From: Bdellovibrionales bacterium
GTDB taxonomy: Bacteria; Bdellovibrionota; Bdellovibrionia; Bdellovibrionales; UBA1609
Assembly (NCBI GenBank): GCA_963692945.1
Contig: OY843585.1
Coordinates: forward strand, 180,001-212,000
DNA: 32,000 nt
Direction: 5' to 3'
Notes under the pieces: generated by a model
What the model saw: the letters and a program-made list of their open reading frames with translations, nothing else
Database searches by the model: none
What the model was told of the DNA's origin: nothing
Shown: in pieces, positions 5,471-15,724 of the stretch
Numbering within the stretch: the first letter of the stretch is position 1
How the letters are laid out: each line of letters starts with the position of its first letter
Position numbers and translations under genes: made by a program

Positions 5471-8395
5471 TTATTTAGAACTTTCTTCCTCTTTTAAAAT
5501 ATAACCTTCAAGACGATCTTGAATACTTTGTCTATCGGGAGCGGAAGGCATAAGAGAAAAGTAAGTTTTATAAATCAATTGAGCTCTTCTATAATCCCCT
5601 TTTGCTTCATAAATAATGCCAAGTTGACGATAAATTTCTGGATAACCTGAAGTCCCTTCACCCTCAATAATTTTATTAGCTATTTGTAAGGCTGAATCAA
5701 AATCACCAGAACCCCTATAACAAGAAATAAGCTCTACATAAAATTTAATATTCTTATTTTGAAGTCGTATCGCTTTTTGATACTCCTTAGCACATAACTC
5801 ATAATTACTCCGTTTCCTATCTATAGAATTAGAAGCACTTAAAGCTTTCTTTTTATAGATATCTCCTGACAATGTATAGGCAAAAGATAAGTTTGGGTTT
5901 TTTTGAGATTCTGTCTTTGCAAATGTCAAAGCACGATCTAAATTATCATCACCACCTTGCAAAAAATTGATAAGCCCTAAGTTGTAATGAATAAGTGGAT
6001 AATTAGAGTTAAGACTTAAAACCTTTTGATATTGATTTTCAGATTCATGATACTGTTCATTTTGCATATACACCCAACCCATATAAAATAAAGGTTCTGG
6101 ATCAGAAATATCTAAAAGAGAAGCTTTTAAAAGATAATGAGTGGCTTTTTTGTATTTAGAAACATCATCATCCCTCTTACCTAAAAATCCATAGATACGA
6201 CCTAAATACACATAAGACATTTTAGAGTCTGGATAATTTTTTATAACAAAAGAAAATGTTTCCAAAGCTTTATCATACTTTTCATCTTCAAAATAATATT
6301 CTCCCAAAGCTTGAGGGTATTCAACTATTAAAGGAAAACTTCTCATCATTTTTTTAAGATAGTTCTCTCCTCTACTGAAACCATAAGCTGATCCAATAGC
6401 TAAAGCATAACTGATTTGAGCAGGAATACTATTCACATCTTCTTCTATAGATTGCTTAGCATACAAGTAAGCTTTATTGTAATCACCTAAAAATCTATAG
6501 GATTTATTTAAAAGAATATAAATTTCAATATCAGAGGAGTAAAATTTTAAAGCCCTTTCTCCGTAGCCAATAGCTGTTTTATATTGCTTTTGCCGAAAAG
6601 ATAAAAGAGAGTAAGCTTTTAAAATTTCGTAACTACTAAGATTTTGTTTACTAGCAATATTCAAAATATCTAAAGCACCTTTAAAATTATAATTTGAAGA
6701 TAAATAATCAACCAATAAAAAGTAAGATTCTACCATTTTAGGATCTGCTGTGATTGCTCTTTTCAACCATTGAATCGCCTGACCAGAAATTCTTAATTGC
6801 CATAAGCATTTAGCTATTCGTATAGCCGCTAAGGCATTTCTTTTAGAACCTGAAGAGTAAGCTTTTTTATAATACTCTTTAGCCTCCTTACACTTTCCTT
6901 CACTAACTAAAATATCTCCTTGATAAATAAGTTGCCTTGCCTGAATTTTAGTATTTTCCAACTCTCCTTTCTTCCCTAATCGCGTAATTAAAACAGCCAA
7001 ACTATTATCAGAAGGATCTAAAGAGTAAGCTTTTTTTGCATAAAATAAAGCTTCTTTTTTATCTTGTTGCTTAAAATAAATGTCTGACAATGTTTTATAA
7101 GACTCCAATAAAATTTGCGGGTTTATAATTTCAGATAAATTTGTTAAAGTTGATTTCAATCTCTTTTCACTTTTATTCATCTTTTTTAAATGTTTATAAT
7201 CTAAGATTCCTAATCTCAAATTTGCCACCACATGTTTAGGGTGAATTTTTAGAACTTGTTGATACTTTTGAATCGCATAAGAATATTTAAGATCTTCATA
7301 ATACATCTGAGCATCCAACATATAAGGAGCTATCCATTTAGGAAGCAACTTGTGAACCGTTTGAATATAACCTCTAGCTTCATTATGCCTTTTCAACCCT
7401 TTGAAAGATTTTACCTTTAAATAATAAAAGAAAACGGGATTCTCTGCTCTTAAGGCATTAAGAGAACTATCTATTATCATTAGAGATTTATTGTATTTAT
7501 TATCTATAAGAGCCTTTACACTATTACAAAGCCCTGAATAAATGCCTCCCTTATCTATTCTATTGATACGATTTAAAACATCAATCAAAGCTCTCCTATC
7601 TTTTGTATCTTGATAAGCAAAAGGCCAAAGTTCCAAATGAACTAAGCATAAATGAGAGTAAGAAATAATATCTTTTGAATTTCCTTCTAATATTTGAATG
7701 AGTTGAAATTGAGATTTCAAATAAAAAGATATTTCATCTTTAGAATAATAAAAAAGAGCTTTTTTTAGTTTTCCTTTTAGTTCATTTAAACTCCAAGGTT
7801 TTCGTTTTGTTTTTAAAGTGAGCAAATGGACTTGACCCTCTTTTGTCACCTCCTTCTTGTATAAGAAAGTAAAAAAAACAACACTAACAACAATCACTGC
7901 AACTAAAGGCCACTTTATAGATTGGATAAGATTTTTTAAAAACTGAGTTCGCACATCCTCCATTTCAATAACTTGACTCTTTTCTTCGTCATCATACTCA
8001 TCATCATACTCGTCATCATCATTGTCGTCATAACTGCGATTATGAACTGATTCTGGAACTTTAATTTTAAATTGTTTTTTAGAAATTTTTTGTTCTGGCT
8101 TTTGTTTTTCCTTAGCAATCACAAGTGTAGGTTCTATAGGGTCTTTCTCTTCCACCTCTTGATCTGAATCTTTATCACTTCTAGTTTTGACTTCCTCTTT
8201 TTTATCTATAGTTTTTAAGAGTTGATTGTAAAAGTCTTTGTTGGTAGAAATAGATTTCCATTGACCAGAAGGATAAGAAGAACAAAATTCCTCCCCTCTA
8301 AATCTTCCTTCCTTAATGTAAGAGATAATCTCTTCTTTTGTATAAGGACCTAATATACGATTTTTTCTATCCTTAATGAGCCAAAGCTTTTCCAT
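5471..8395 (-). CDS. GYF_2-like N-terminal domain / acidic linker / TM / multi-TPR repeat protein (974 aa)
   Basis: The N-terminus WLIKDRKNRILGPYTKEEIISYIKEGRF..GQWKSIS resembles the bacterial GYF (DUF4339) domain. A D/E/Y-rich stretch follows, then one TM (PLVAVIVVSVVFFTFLY), then about 750 aa of 34-residue A/Y/L-patterned TPR-like repeats. Confidence 0.75.
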   Translation of the reverse strand: MEKLWLIKDRKNRILGPYTKEEIISYIKEGRFRGEEFCSSYPSGQWKSISTNKDFYNQLLKTIDKKEEVKTRSDKDSDQEVEEKDPIEPTLVIAKEKQKPEQKISKKQFKIKVPESVHNRSYDDNDDDEYDDEYDDEEKSQVIEMEDVRTQFLKNLIQSIKWPLVAVIVVSVVFFTFLYKKEVTKEGQVHLLTLKTKRKPWSLNELKGKLKKALFYYSKDEISFYLKSQFQLIQILEGNSKDIISYSHLCLVHLELWPFAYQDTKDRRALIDVLNRINRIDKGGIYSGLCNSVKALIDNKYNKSLMIIDSSLNALRAENPVFFYYLKVKSFKGLKRHNEARGYIQTVHKLLPKWIAPYMLDAQMYYEDLKYSYAIQKYQQVLKIHPKHVVANLRLGILDYKHLKKMNKSEKRLKSTLTNLSEIINPQILLESYKTLSDIYFKQQDKKEALFYAKKAYSLDPSDNSLAVLITRLGKKGELENTKIQARQLIYQGDILVSEGKCKEAKEYYKKAYSSGSKRNALAAIRIAKCLWQLRISGQAIQWLKRAITADPKMVESYFLLVDYLSSNYNFKGALDILNIASKQNLSSYEILKAYSLLSFRQKQYKTAIGYGERALKFYSSDIEIYILLNKSYRFLGDYNKAYLYAKQSIEEDVNSIPAQISYALAIGSAYGFSRGENYLKKMMRSFPLIVEYPQALGEYYFEDEKYDKALETFSFVIKNYPDSKMSYVYLGRIYGFLGKRDDDVSKYKKATHYLLKASLLDISDPEPLFYMGWVYMQNEQYHESENQYQKVLSLNSNYPLIHYNLGLINFLQGGDDNLDRALTFAKTESQKNPNLSFAYTLSGDIYKKKALSASNSIDRKRSNYELCAKEYQKAIRLQNKNIKFYVELISCYRGSGDFDSALQIANKIIEGEGTSGYPEIYRQLGIIYEAKGDYRRAQLIYKTYFSLMPSAPDRQSIQDRLEGYILKEEESSK

Positions 8396-8463
8396 TTATT
8401 TTATTTTAACAAAATTTTATAAAATTGTAAGTTTTGAGTAATTAAAACATTCTTTTTTTGAAT

Positions 8464-9729
8464 CTAGTCACATCTTTCTATAGAAGCACCCAAAGATTTC
8501 AGCTTAATATGTAAATTTTCATAACCACGATCTAAGTGGTCTATACCTGTTATATGAGTCTCTCCTTCAGCCACTAAAGCAGCCAAGATAAGACCTGAAC
8601 TGGCTCTTAAATCTGTAGATTGAACTAAAGCTCCTTTTAAAGAAACTAGACCATTAACAAATACAGTTCTTTCCTTTTTCATTCTTATAGAAACCTTGAA
8701 TTTTTTTAACTCTTCTAAATAACGAAATCTATTTTCAAAAATATTTTCTGTTACAGAAGATTCCCCTTCAAGTTGTGTCATAAGAGCTATAAAGGGAGAT
8801 TGTAAATCAGTTGGGAATCCAGGGTACACTTCTGTCTCTATAGAAATTGATTTTTTAGTGTTTGTACTTTTTAAGGTTATAGATTCAGGTTGAATTTCCA
8901 AAATATATCCACAAGCCTGTAGTTTTTCTATAACAGCTGTTAAGTGTTCTGGATTACATTTTTCAACCTTAACTTCTCCACCTGTAATAGCACCTGCCAA
9001 AATCAAAGTTCCTACTTCTATACGATCTGGTATGATTTGATAGTCTGAAAAAGGTTTAAGTTCTTTAACCCCTTTTATAGTCCATTCTCTTTCTCCTGTT
9101 TTTTCTATTTGAGCTCCCATTTTTTTTAACCCATGAATAAGGTCTAGTATCTCTGGCTCACAAGCTCCATTTTGAATAACCGTTTTTCCTTTAGCTAACA
9201 CACTTGCCATAATTAAGTTTTCTGTCCCACCAACTGTTGGAAAATCTAAGACAATCGTATTTCCCTTTAAACCCTGAGGAGCTTTTGCATGGACCCATCC
9301 CTCTTGACAAGAAACGGTAGCCCCTAAAGTTTCTAAACCTTTTAAATGAAGATCAACCGGTCGTTTGCCTATTTTACATCCACCAGGTAGTGGAATTTTA
9401 ACTTCTCTATATCTTGCTAATAAAGGACCTAAACAAAGAAAACTTGCTCTCATTTCTTGAACCATCTCTGGAGAAAGACAAGAGCCTTTTAAATAAGAAC
9501 TTTGAATTGTAAGAACATCTCTATCTCTTTGAAAAGAAAATCCTATGGACTGAAGGATTTTTAGGGCTGTAGCCACATCCTTTAAAAAAGGAACATTACG
9601 AAGTTTATACTCTCCATCAGCTAAAATGGTAGAAAACAAAAGAGGTAAGGCTGCATTTTTTGCACCAGAAGCTTGCACTGTCCCTTTTAAAACAGAACCT
9701 CCTTTGATACAAATATATGGTTTCTTCAT
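8464..9729 (-). CDS. murA: UDP-N-acetylglucosamine 1-carboxyvinyltransferase
   Basis: SGAKNAALPLL near the N-terminus and the active-site loop LPGGCKIGKRPVDLH with the catalytic Cys. About 421 aa from the ATG at 9729. The ORF track extends to a TTG at 9753, which would overlap prmC. Confidence 0.9.
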   Translation of the reverse strand: MKKPYICIKGGSVLKGTVQASGAKNAALPLLFSTILADGEYKLRNVPFLKDVATALKILQSIGFSFQRDRDVLTIQSSYLKGSCLSPEMVQEMRASFLCLGPLLARYREVKIPLPGGCKIGKRPVDLHLKGLETLGATVSCQEGWVHAKAPQGLKGNTIVLDFPTVGGTENLIMASVLAKGKTVIQNGACEPEILDLIHGLKKMGAQIEKTGEREWTIKGVKELKPFSDYQIIPDRIEVGTLILAGAITGGEVKVEKCNPEHLTAVIEKLQACGYILEIQPESITLKSTNTKKSISIETEVYPGFPTDLQSPFIALMTQLEGESSVTENIFENRFRYLEELKKFKVSIRMKKERTVFVNGLVSLKGALVQSTDLRASSGLILAALVAEGETHITGIDHLDRGYENLHIKLKSLGASIERCD

Positions 9730-9737
9730 AGTTGACC

Positions 9738-10595
9738 TTATTTTTTTATACAAACAGCAACACGATGGATACCTGATTCATCCTTAAAGATATCAAAAGT
9801 TTTTAACTCTTCCCTTTCTTTCAAAAAGCATTTCACTTTTTTGAATTGATCGTATCCGAACTCAAAAATATAACAACCATTAGATTCTAAAAATTCCATA
9901 GATTTTTTAAACCAAGAACAAATATGCCCCATTCCATCTTCGTCGGAAAAAAGAGCAAACGGAGGTTCAAATCTATAAACTTCCTTATCTAAACATTCAT
10001 CTAAAGGTCTTACATAAGGAGGATTGGCAACGATAAAATTAGGTTTTCCTTTTAAAAAATCTAAAAAATCCTCAGGGGTTACATGAGAAACATCTTTCTT
10101 TAAAATTTTTAATCTTTTTTGAAGCTGTTTAGAAACACTATTTTTAGATAAACACTCTATAGATTTTTGACTCATTTCAACAGCAACAAAACGACTTGTT
10201 GACAATCGTTGTAAAAAACTTAAACAGAGAGTTCCTACACCAGCTCCAAACTCTATAGCTTTTAATGGAAAGCGGTTCCTTTTCAAACCACAACGAACAA
10301 CAATCTCACTATCTTGTCTAGGAATAAAAACACCCGGCTGAATAAAAAATCTCTCTCCCATAAACCACTTTTCTTCTAAAAGATAATCTAGAGGCCAACC
10401 TTGTTTTCTTTTTTCCACTTTTTTTAAAAAAATATTCTTATCTTCTAAACTAACCTCTTTATATTTTTTTAAATAAAAATCTGTCATCGGAATTTTTAAA
10501 ACCTGACTCAACATCCAAACACTTTCTTGATAAGGATTGAAAGAAATTTTTTTAATTTCTTTTTGTGACAGATCCAAAAGATCTAAGGCCTTCAT
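9738..10595 (-). CDS. prmC: peptide chain release factor N5-glutamine methyltransferase
   Basis: IVANPPYV (NPPY) motif and SAM-binding EFGAGVG. Immediately downstream of prfA with a 4-nt overlap. Confidence 0.85.
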   Translation of the reverse strand: MKALDLLDLSQKEIKKISFNPYQESVWMLSQVLKIPMTDFYLKKYKEVSLEDKNIFLKKVEKRKQGWPLDYLLEEKWFMGERFFIQPGVFIPRQDSEIVVRCGLKRNRFPLKAIEFGAGVGTLCLSFLQRLSTSRFVAVEMSQKSIECLSKNSVSKQLQKRLKILKKDVSHVTPEDFLDFLKGKPNFIVANPPYVRPLDECLDKEVYRFEPPFALFSDEDGMGHICSWFKKSMEFLESNGCYIFEFGYDQFKKVKCFLKEREELKTFDIFKDESGIHRVAVCIKK

Positions 10596-11662
10596 AAAGA
10601 ATCTCCTTTAGCTAGAGCCAAAGATTGATAGTGCATTTCTAAAGAGGATCTCAATGAATCAAAATCACCTTCCATGATGGAAGAAAGATTTTTCATCGTT
10701 AACTGTATGCGATGATCGGTTACACGAGATTGAGGAAAGTTGTAAGTTCTTATTCTTTGAGAACGATCACCTGTTCCTATCTGTTCCTGTCGCTTTTTTG
10801 ATTCTTTGGCTTTTTTTTGTTCTGTTTGAAAATCTAGTATTCTGGCATAAAGATTTTTTAAGGCTTTCTCTTTATTGGCATGTTGAGACTTTTCTTGCTG
10901 ACAATAAACCATAATTTTTGTTGGCAAGTGTAAGATTCTAACTGCCGAATCCGTTGTGTTTACATGTTGTCCTCCAGATCCACTCGCTCTGCAAACATCT
11001 ATCCGTAAATCGGCTGGATCTATTTTAACTTCAATGGGATCTGCTTCTGGAAGCACAACAACTGTAATCGTAGAAGTATGAACTCTACCTTGAGATTCTG
11101 TTTTAGGCACTCTTTGCACACGATGCACACCAGACTCATATTTTAAACCACTGTAAACTTTATCACCGCTGATGCTTGCTATAACTTCTTTATATCCACC
11201 AACATTTCCTAAGGAGATAGAAATAATATCTACTTTCCATCCTTTTTTTTGAGCATAATAACCATAAGCTTCAAAAAGTTCTTGAACAAATAGACTCGAT
11301 TCATCTCCTCCTGCTCCTGCTCTAATTTCTAAAATAATATTTTTTTCATCTTTTGGATTTTTAGGAACAAGTTGAATTTTAATCTTTTGCTCTAAATCAA
11401 TCACTCTCTTTTCAGAAGTCATCATTTCTTCTTTGGCTAAAGCCATCATCTCCACATCATCTCCATTTAAAATTTGTTTTAACTCCTCTATCTCTTTGAG
11501 AAGCTTTTCATACTCTAAAATGTTTGTGTTTATTTTAGACAATTGATGAAATTCTTTATTGATTTTCCCAAAAAGCTTAGGATCACCCATAACTTCTTCT
11601 TGTCTTAATTTTTTTTCTAACTCTAAATAGCGTTTTTTAATGGTTTTTAATTTTTCCAACAT
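10592..11662 (-). CDS. prfA: peptide chain release factor 1
   Basis: SGSGGQHVNTTDSAVR (GGQ) and the RF1-type RVQRVPKTESQGRVHTS tripeptide region. 356 aa. Confidence 0.92.
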   Translation of the reverse strand: MLEKLKTIKKRYLELEKKLRQEEVMGDPKLFGKINKEFHQLSKINTNILEYEKLLKEIEELKQILNGDDVEMMALAKEEMMTSEKRVIDLEQKIKIQLVPKNPKDEKNIILEIRAGAGGDESSLFVQELFEAYGYYAQKKGWKVDIISISLGNVGGYKEVIASISGDKVYSGLKYESGVHRVQRVPKTESQGRVHTSTITVVVLPEADPIEVKIDPADLRIDVCRASGSGGQHVNTTDSAVRILHLPTKIMVYCQQEKSQHANKEKALKNLYARILDFQTEQKKAKESKKRQEQIGTGDRSQRIRTYNFPQSRVTDHRIQLTMKNLSSIMEGDFDSLRSSLEMHYQSLALAKGDSL

Positions 11663-11706
11663 GAATAAAAGCCCTCATTGTTTTTATTGTAAATAAATAC
11701 AAGAAG

Positions 11707-13185
11707 CTAATTGCTCATATTATTAAGAAAGTCTTGATTTGTTTTGCTAGATTTAAGTTTATCAAGAACAAATTCCATGCTATCTAATACACCCATAGGA
11801 GCTAAAACTTTTCTTAAAATATAAAGACGATTCAGTTCTTCTTTAGGAACAAGCAAGTCTTCCTTCCGAGTTCCTGATTTGTTAATGTCCATACAAGGAA
11901 AAATTCTTTTTTCCATAAGTTTTCTATCAAGATGAATTTCTGAGTTTCCTGTTCCTTTAAATTCTTCAAAAATAACCTCATCCATTCTAGAACCTGTATC
12001 AATAAGGGCTGTTGCTACAATCGTTAAGCTCCCACCTTCTTCTATGTTTCTGGCTGCTCCAAAAAATCTTTTTGGTTTATGAAGAGCATTTGAATCTACT
12101 CCACCGGAAAGAATCTTTCCAGAAGGAGGTATCACTGTATTATAAGCTCGAGCTAACCGAGTGATAGAATCTAACAACACAACAACATCTTTTTTATTTT
12201 CCACAAGACGCTTTGCTTTTTCTATAACCATCTCTGCAACTTGAACATGCCTATGAGCAGGTTCATCAAAAGTAGAAGAGACCACTTCGCCTTTTACATT
12301 ACGAGACATATCTGTGACTTCTTCCGGTCGCTCATCAATAAGAAGAACAATTAAAACAACTTCTGGATGATTCATAGAAATAGCATTTGCAATGTTTTGA
12401 AGTAAAACCGTCTTACCTGTTCTAGGTGGGGCTACAATCAAAGCTCTTTGACCTTTACCTAAAGGAACCATAAGGTCTGCGACTCGAGTTGTAAATTCGT
12501 TAGGCTTCCATTCCAACCGAAATCTTTCTTCTGGATACAAAGGAGTTAAGTTATCAAATAAATTTTTATTTCTACTTTTTTCTGGAGAGTTAAAGTTAAG
12601 TTGATCTATTTTTAAAAGTGCAAAATAACGTTCATTATCTTTAGGAGGACGAATGGTTCCACTGATTGTATCCCCGGTTCGTAACCCTAGCTTTCTAATT
12701 TGTGCAGGACTCACATAAATATCATCCACAGCTGGTAAGTAGTTATAATCTGGAGATCGTAAAAATCCGTAATTATCTGAAAGAACCTCAAGAACTCCAC
12801 TTCCTAAAATATCTCCAAGTTGACCCGCTCTTTTTAAAATTTCAAAAACGATATCTTGACGTTTCATGGCTCCAGGGTTTTCTATTTTTAATTTTTGAGC
12901 AAGTTTATTTAAGGACTGAATGTCTTTCACTCTTAAAGATTTTAAATCAAATTCTTTTTTTTCTTGTTCTGTTAAAGTGATATCTGAAAGATCAACAGGT
13001 TCTGTATTTTCTGAAGAAGCACCAGCATGATCTCTTTTTGAATGTCTTTCATTGCCTTGATAATTATTCCCGCGATCGCGATAATGATTATTCCTCTTGC
13101 CTCCATTTCCTTTAGAATAAGAACCTTTGTCCCTACCATAAGAGGAGCTTGTATAATTTCCTTTTTGCTTTTCTACATCAGACAT
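11707..13185 (-). CDS. rho: transcription termination factor Rho with a ~70-aa G/N/Y/R-rich N-terminal extension
   Basis: Rho_N-like [30 protein letters not shown]-binding [11 protein letters not shown], Walker [12 protein letters not shown], and a C-terminal RecA-like core. Confidence 0.92.
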   Translation of the reverse strand: MSDVEKQKGNYTSSSYGRDKGSYSKGNGGKRNNHYRDRGNNYQGNERHSKRDHAGASSENTEPVDLSDITLTEQEKKEFDLKSLRVKDIQSLNKLAQKLKIENPGAMKRQDIVFEILKRAGQLGDILGSGVLEVLSDNYGFLRSPDYNYLPAVDDIYVSPAQIRKLGLRTGDTISGTIRPPKDNERYFALLKIDQLNFNSPEKSRNKNLFDNLTPLYPEERFRLEWKPNEFTTRVADLMVPLGKGQRALIVAPPRTGKTVLLQNIANAISMNHPEVVLIVLLIDERPEEVTDMSRNVKGEVVSSTFDEPAHRHVQVAEMVIEKAKRLVENKKDVVVLLDSITRLARAYNTVIPPSGKILSGGVDSNALHKPKRFFGAARNIEEGGSLTIVATALIDTGSRMDEVIFEEFKGTGNSEIHLDRKLMEKRIFPCMDINKSGTRKEDLLVPKEELNRLYILRKVLAPMGVLDSMEFVLDKLKSSKTNQDFLNNMSN

Positions 13186-13252
13186 AAAAAACTTTTTATT
13201 ATTTGTGGTTCTTTGCTATTTATTGATTATTCATCCTTGTGAGACTTTTTAG

Positions 13253-13281
13253 AGAATAGGGTTCAAGTCTATCTTTGTCAA
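13253..13281 (-). promoter_or_regulatory. candidate sigma70-type promoter for rho
   Basis: On the minus strand: TTGACA (13281-13276), 17-nt spacer, TATTCT (13258-13253). Gives a 5' UTR of about 60 nt. Confidence 0.35.
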
Positions 13282-13314
13282 ACTTTTTATAAAAAATAGG
13301 GCAAATTTGAATTT

Positions 13315-14652
13315 TTAAATCTTAATATTTGGAGAAGTGTAATCAAATTCTCGCTGTTTCCGTCGCTTATTAAGGATCATTTTCACCATAAAGATAATAA
13401 AAACTAAAAAGCCAAAAATTCCTGCAAAAAACTCTTTATTTTGCATAATAAGACTTATGTAATCTTGCTTTTTTGGATATTCAATTTGAGGCATTGGAGG
13501 TGTTTCTGGCAAAGACAAGTCAGGCGAAAGGGCTTCTGGTGAATCAGAAGGCTCCGTAGATTCTGGCATGACTGGTTCTGGTTCTGGCATGACTGGTTCT
13601 GGTTCTGGTGCTCTTGCTTGTTTCACACTTTCAACAGGCCAATAAGAAATAATAACTTCTTTTGAGATAGTCCATTTAGATTTCAAATTAGGGTTTGTTG
13701 CCCAAATCTCTTTCCAACTGTTTGAATCCCCTAAAAGCTGAGAAGAAACCTCTCTTATATTTTGACCAGGAACCACTTTATACACAGAAGGAGTTATACC
13801 CATATCATCATAATAAAAAAGTATTCTAGATTGATCGTTTGGACGATTAGGAGAGTTGTAATAAATTTTATCTCCTACTTTTACAGAACGAGAACTCAAA
13901 TAAGGATTTATAGCGTAAAGAGCTCCTGTTTGATTTGTTCCATAAATTGTTTGACTGATACTTTGTAAATCTTCATTTGGACGAACAATATAAACCCCAT
14001 TCACTAAATGAATACCGACTTTATAAGGAATTGTTTTTACTTTCAAAAGAGGTCTATTTTTTGCAACTACGGGAGTTTTTATTTCGGGTGCAACAAAAGA
14101 TTCTGTTTCAGAGCTATCTTCTACAAAACTGGCTTCCTCTTGAAGAGTTCCATCAGAGGAATCTTCTTCACTACTTTCTTCAGCATAAGATTCTTCTGCA
14201 TCCTCTTCTTCATCCTCTTCAACATATTCTCCCTCTTCATCTATCTCTTCATAACCTTCTTCATCATCTATAATTTCTTCATCTAAATCACTTTCATCTC
14301 CTCCGAAAAGACGTTTAAAAAATCCTGAAATACCATCACTTTTAGTTTCTTCATCTTCCTCGTCATACTCTTCTTCATCTTCGTCTTCGTCATACTCTTC
14401 GTCTTCGTCTTCTTCTTCGCTATCTTCTTCGTCTTCTTCGCTGTCTTCATCTTCCTCGTCTTCATACTCTTCTTCGTCTTCTTCGTCATACTCTTCTTCG
14501 CCTTCATCGTCTTCTTCTTCGTACTCTTCTTTTGAATCATCAAAGTCTTCAGACATTTCTTCAGCAGTCTCCATAGAGCTTTTAAGCCCTAAATAAGAAC
14601 AGCTTGTAAAACCAAACACGAATAATAAAAGAAAAAGAATCAAATGTTTCAA
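13315..14652 (-). CDS. hyperacidic lipoprotein with two LysM-like segments, proline-rich repeat and C-terminal TM anchor
   Basis: TTG start with GGGAAG upstream. Lipobox-like LFVFGFTSC. About 150 aa are nearly pure D/E. LysM-like YIVRPNEDLQSISQTIYG and YKVVPGQNIREVSSQLLG. PEPEPVM x2, then the TM FFAGIFGFLVFIIFMVKMIL. Confidence 0.7.
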   Translation of the reverse strand: MKHLILFLLLFVFGFTSCSYLGLKSSMETAEEMSEDFDDSKEEYEEEDDEGEEEYDEEDEEEYEDEEDEDSEEDEEDSEEEDEDEEYDEDEDEEEYDEEDEETKSDGISGFFKRLFGGDESDLDEEIIDDEEGYEEIDEEGEYVEEDEEEDAEESYAEESSEEDSSDGTLQEEASFVEDSSETESFVAPEIKTPVVAKNRPLLKVKTIPYKVGIHLVNGVYIVRPNEDLQSISQTIYGTNQTGALYAINPYLSSRSVKVGDKIYYNSPNRPNDQSRILFYYDDMGITPSVYKVVPGQNIREVSSQLLGDSNSWKEIWATNPNLKSKWTISKEVIISYWPVESVKQARAPEPEPVMPEPEPVMPESTEPSDSPEALSPDLSLPETPPMPQIEYPKKQDYISLIMQNKEFFAGIFGFLVFIIFMVKMILNKRRKQREFDYTSPNIKI

Positions 14653-14818
14653 AATGTGAACTTCCCTGTTGTGTTGGTTTGAGTGTAAACCATAACCTAG
14701 ACATATGTTGAATATAAAATGTATTTTTATAAGCCTATAGTCCTAACACAATTTGACAAAGAAAACTCAATAAACCCTACTCATTAGTTCACTTAATATG
14801 ATTTAAAAAAAGAAAAAC

Positions 14819-15724
14819 TCAGAGATAAGATTTCTTCTCCATTTGTTCTAAAATAAGTCCGTAACGAACACCTGTCACAGATACAAGAAATTGTTTTTGT
14901 TTTGTGAATTTTAATATTTGATTTAACAAACTTAAGCCAGAAACAATCACATCCGACCTATACTGTGGAAGATATTTAATCTGTTTTCTCTCTTCTAAAG
15001 ATAGCTTAGACAATTTTTCCAGCCAAAAATGCAGCTGTTCCTCTTTCATAATCTTCCCATGAATTTCATTAGGATTAGAAGTTTGGTGCTCCATGAAACC
15101 TAAAGAAATAGGTGTCCCTGCAACAAAAATAATGACATCAAATTTTTCTTGTAAAAAATCCTGCACAAATTCAAGTTCTTTTTCAATATAATTATTTAAA
15201 TTTATTTTATCTATACGAGATAAAGCTTGATGAGTTAAAAATTTTTCTGTTAAAGAAACACTCCCTATATTTAAACTCCAGCTTCTTTTTTTACTCACTA
15301 GTTCTGTAGAGCCACCTCCAATATCTACAACTAAAGGATTATCAAACTCATGTCCCAAAGCAAATAAAGAACCCATAAAAGTTAATTCCGCTTCTCTTTC
15401 AGGAGAAATGATCTCTATATCAGATAATTTGTATTTTTCACCAAGATCAAAAAGTTGTTTTTTATTTTGAGATTCTCTACTTGCACTTGTTGCAACAATA
15501 GCAACTTTTTCTATATCGTATTTTTTTAAAGTCTCTTCTATAGATTTAAAAGCTCGTTCTAATCGCTCAAGAGAGGCCGGGCTAAAACTTTTTGTTTTGT
15601 GTAAATTCTCTGCTAGTCGGGTGAAATAAATCTTATCCGATAAAACCTCAAAACTTTTGCCCGTTTGCTCTACAATCAATAAAAGCGTTGTATTAGAACC
15701 AATATCTACACTTGCAAATTTCAA
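14819..15724 (-). CDS. ppx: Ppx/GppA-family phosphatase (short, N-terminal-domains-only form)
   Basis: ASVDIGSNTTLLLI and VVDIGGGSTEL are ASKHA-fold phosphate-binding motifs typical of Ppx/GppA. TTG start overlaps the gatB stop (TTGA). Confidence 0.75.
   Translation of the reverse strand: MKFASVDIGSNTTLLLIVEQTGKSFEVLSDKIYFTRLAENLHKTKSFSPASLERLERAFKSIEETLKKYDIEKVAIVATSASRESQNKKQLFDLGEKYKLSDIEIISPEREAELTFMGSLFALGHEFDNPLVVDIGGGSTELVSKKRSWSLNIGSVSLTEKFLTHQALSRIDKINLNNYIEKELEFVQDFLQEKFDVIIFVAGTPISLGFMEHQTSNPNEIHGKIMKEEQLHFWLEKLSKLSLEERKQIKYLPQYRSDVIVSGLSLLNQILKFTKQKQFLVSVTGVRYGLILEQMEKKSYL

Noticed and set aside
7936-8118. 60-aa same-strand, alternative-frame ORF inside the TPR protein gene, and 28324-28578 / 28678-28962 inside uvrA and the PBP gene.
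   Set aside because: These are overlapping alternative-frame or antisense ORFs within long, motif-supported genes, and no independent signals support them.
9730-9753. The murA N-terminal extension from the TTG at 9753 given by the ORF track.
   Set aside because: It would overlap the prmC 3' end by 16 nt. The ATG at 9729 gives a 421-aa protein whose N-terminus (MKKPYICIKGGSVLKGTVQASGAKNAALP) aligns with the usual MurA start.
10592-11662. The RF1 tripeptide anticodon reads PKT rather than the PAT/PVT I expected.
   Set aside because: The middle residue of PxT is variable among RF1 proteins, and the rest of the protein is canonical. This is not evidence of altered stop-codon recognition.
13977-14543. 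Alternative-frame ORFs in the acidic region (14283-14543 on -, K-rich; 13977-14273 and 14008-14286 on +).
   Set aside because: They are frame-shifted or antisense readings of the GAA/GAT-rich low-complexity DNA encoding the D/E tract of the 445-aa protein. Their composition is an artefact of the repeat.
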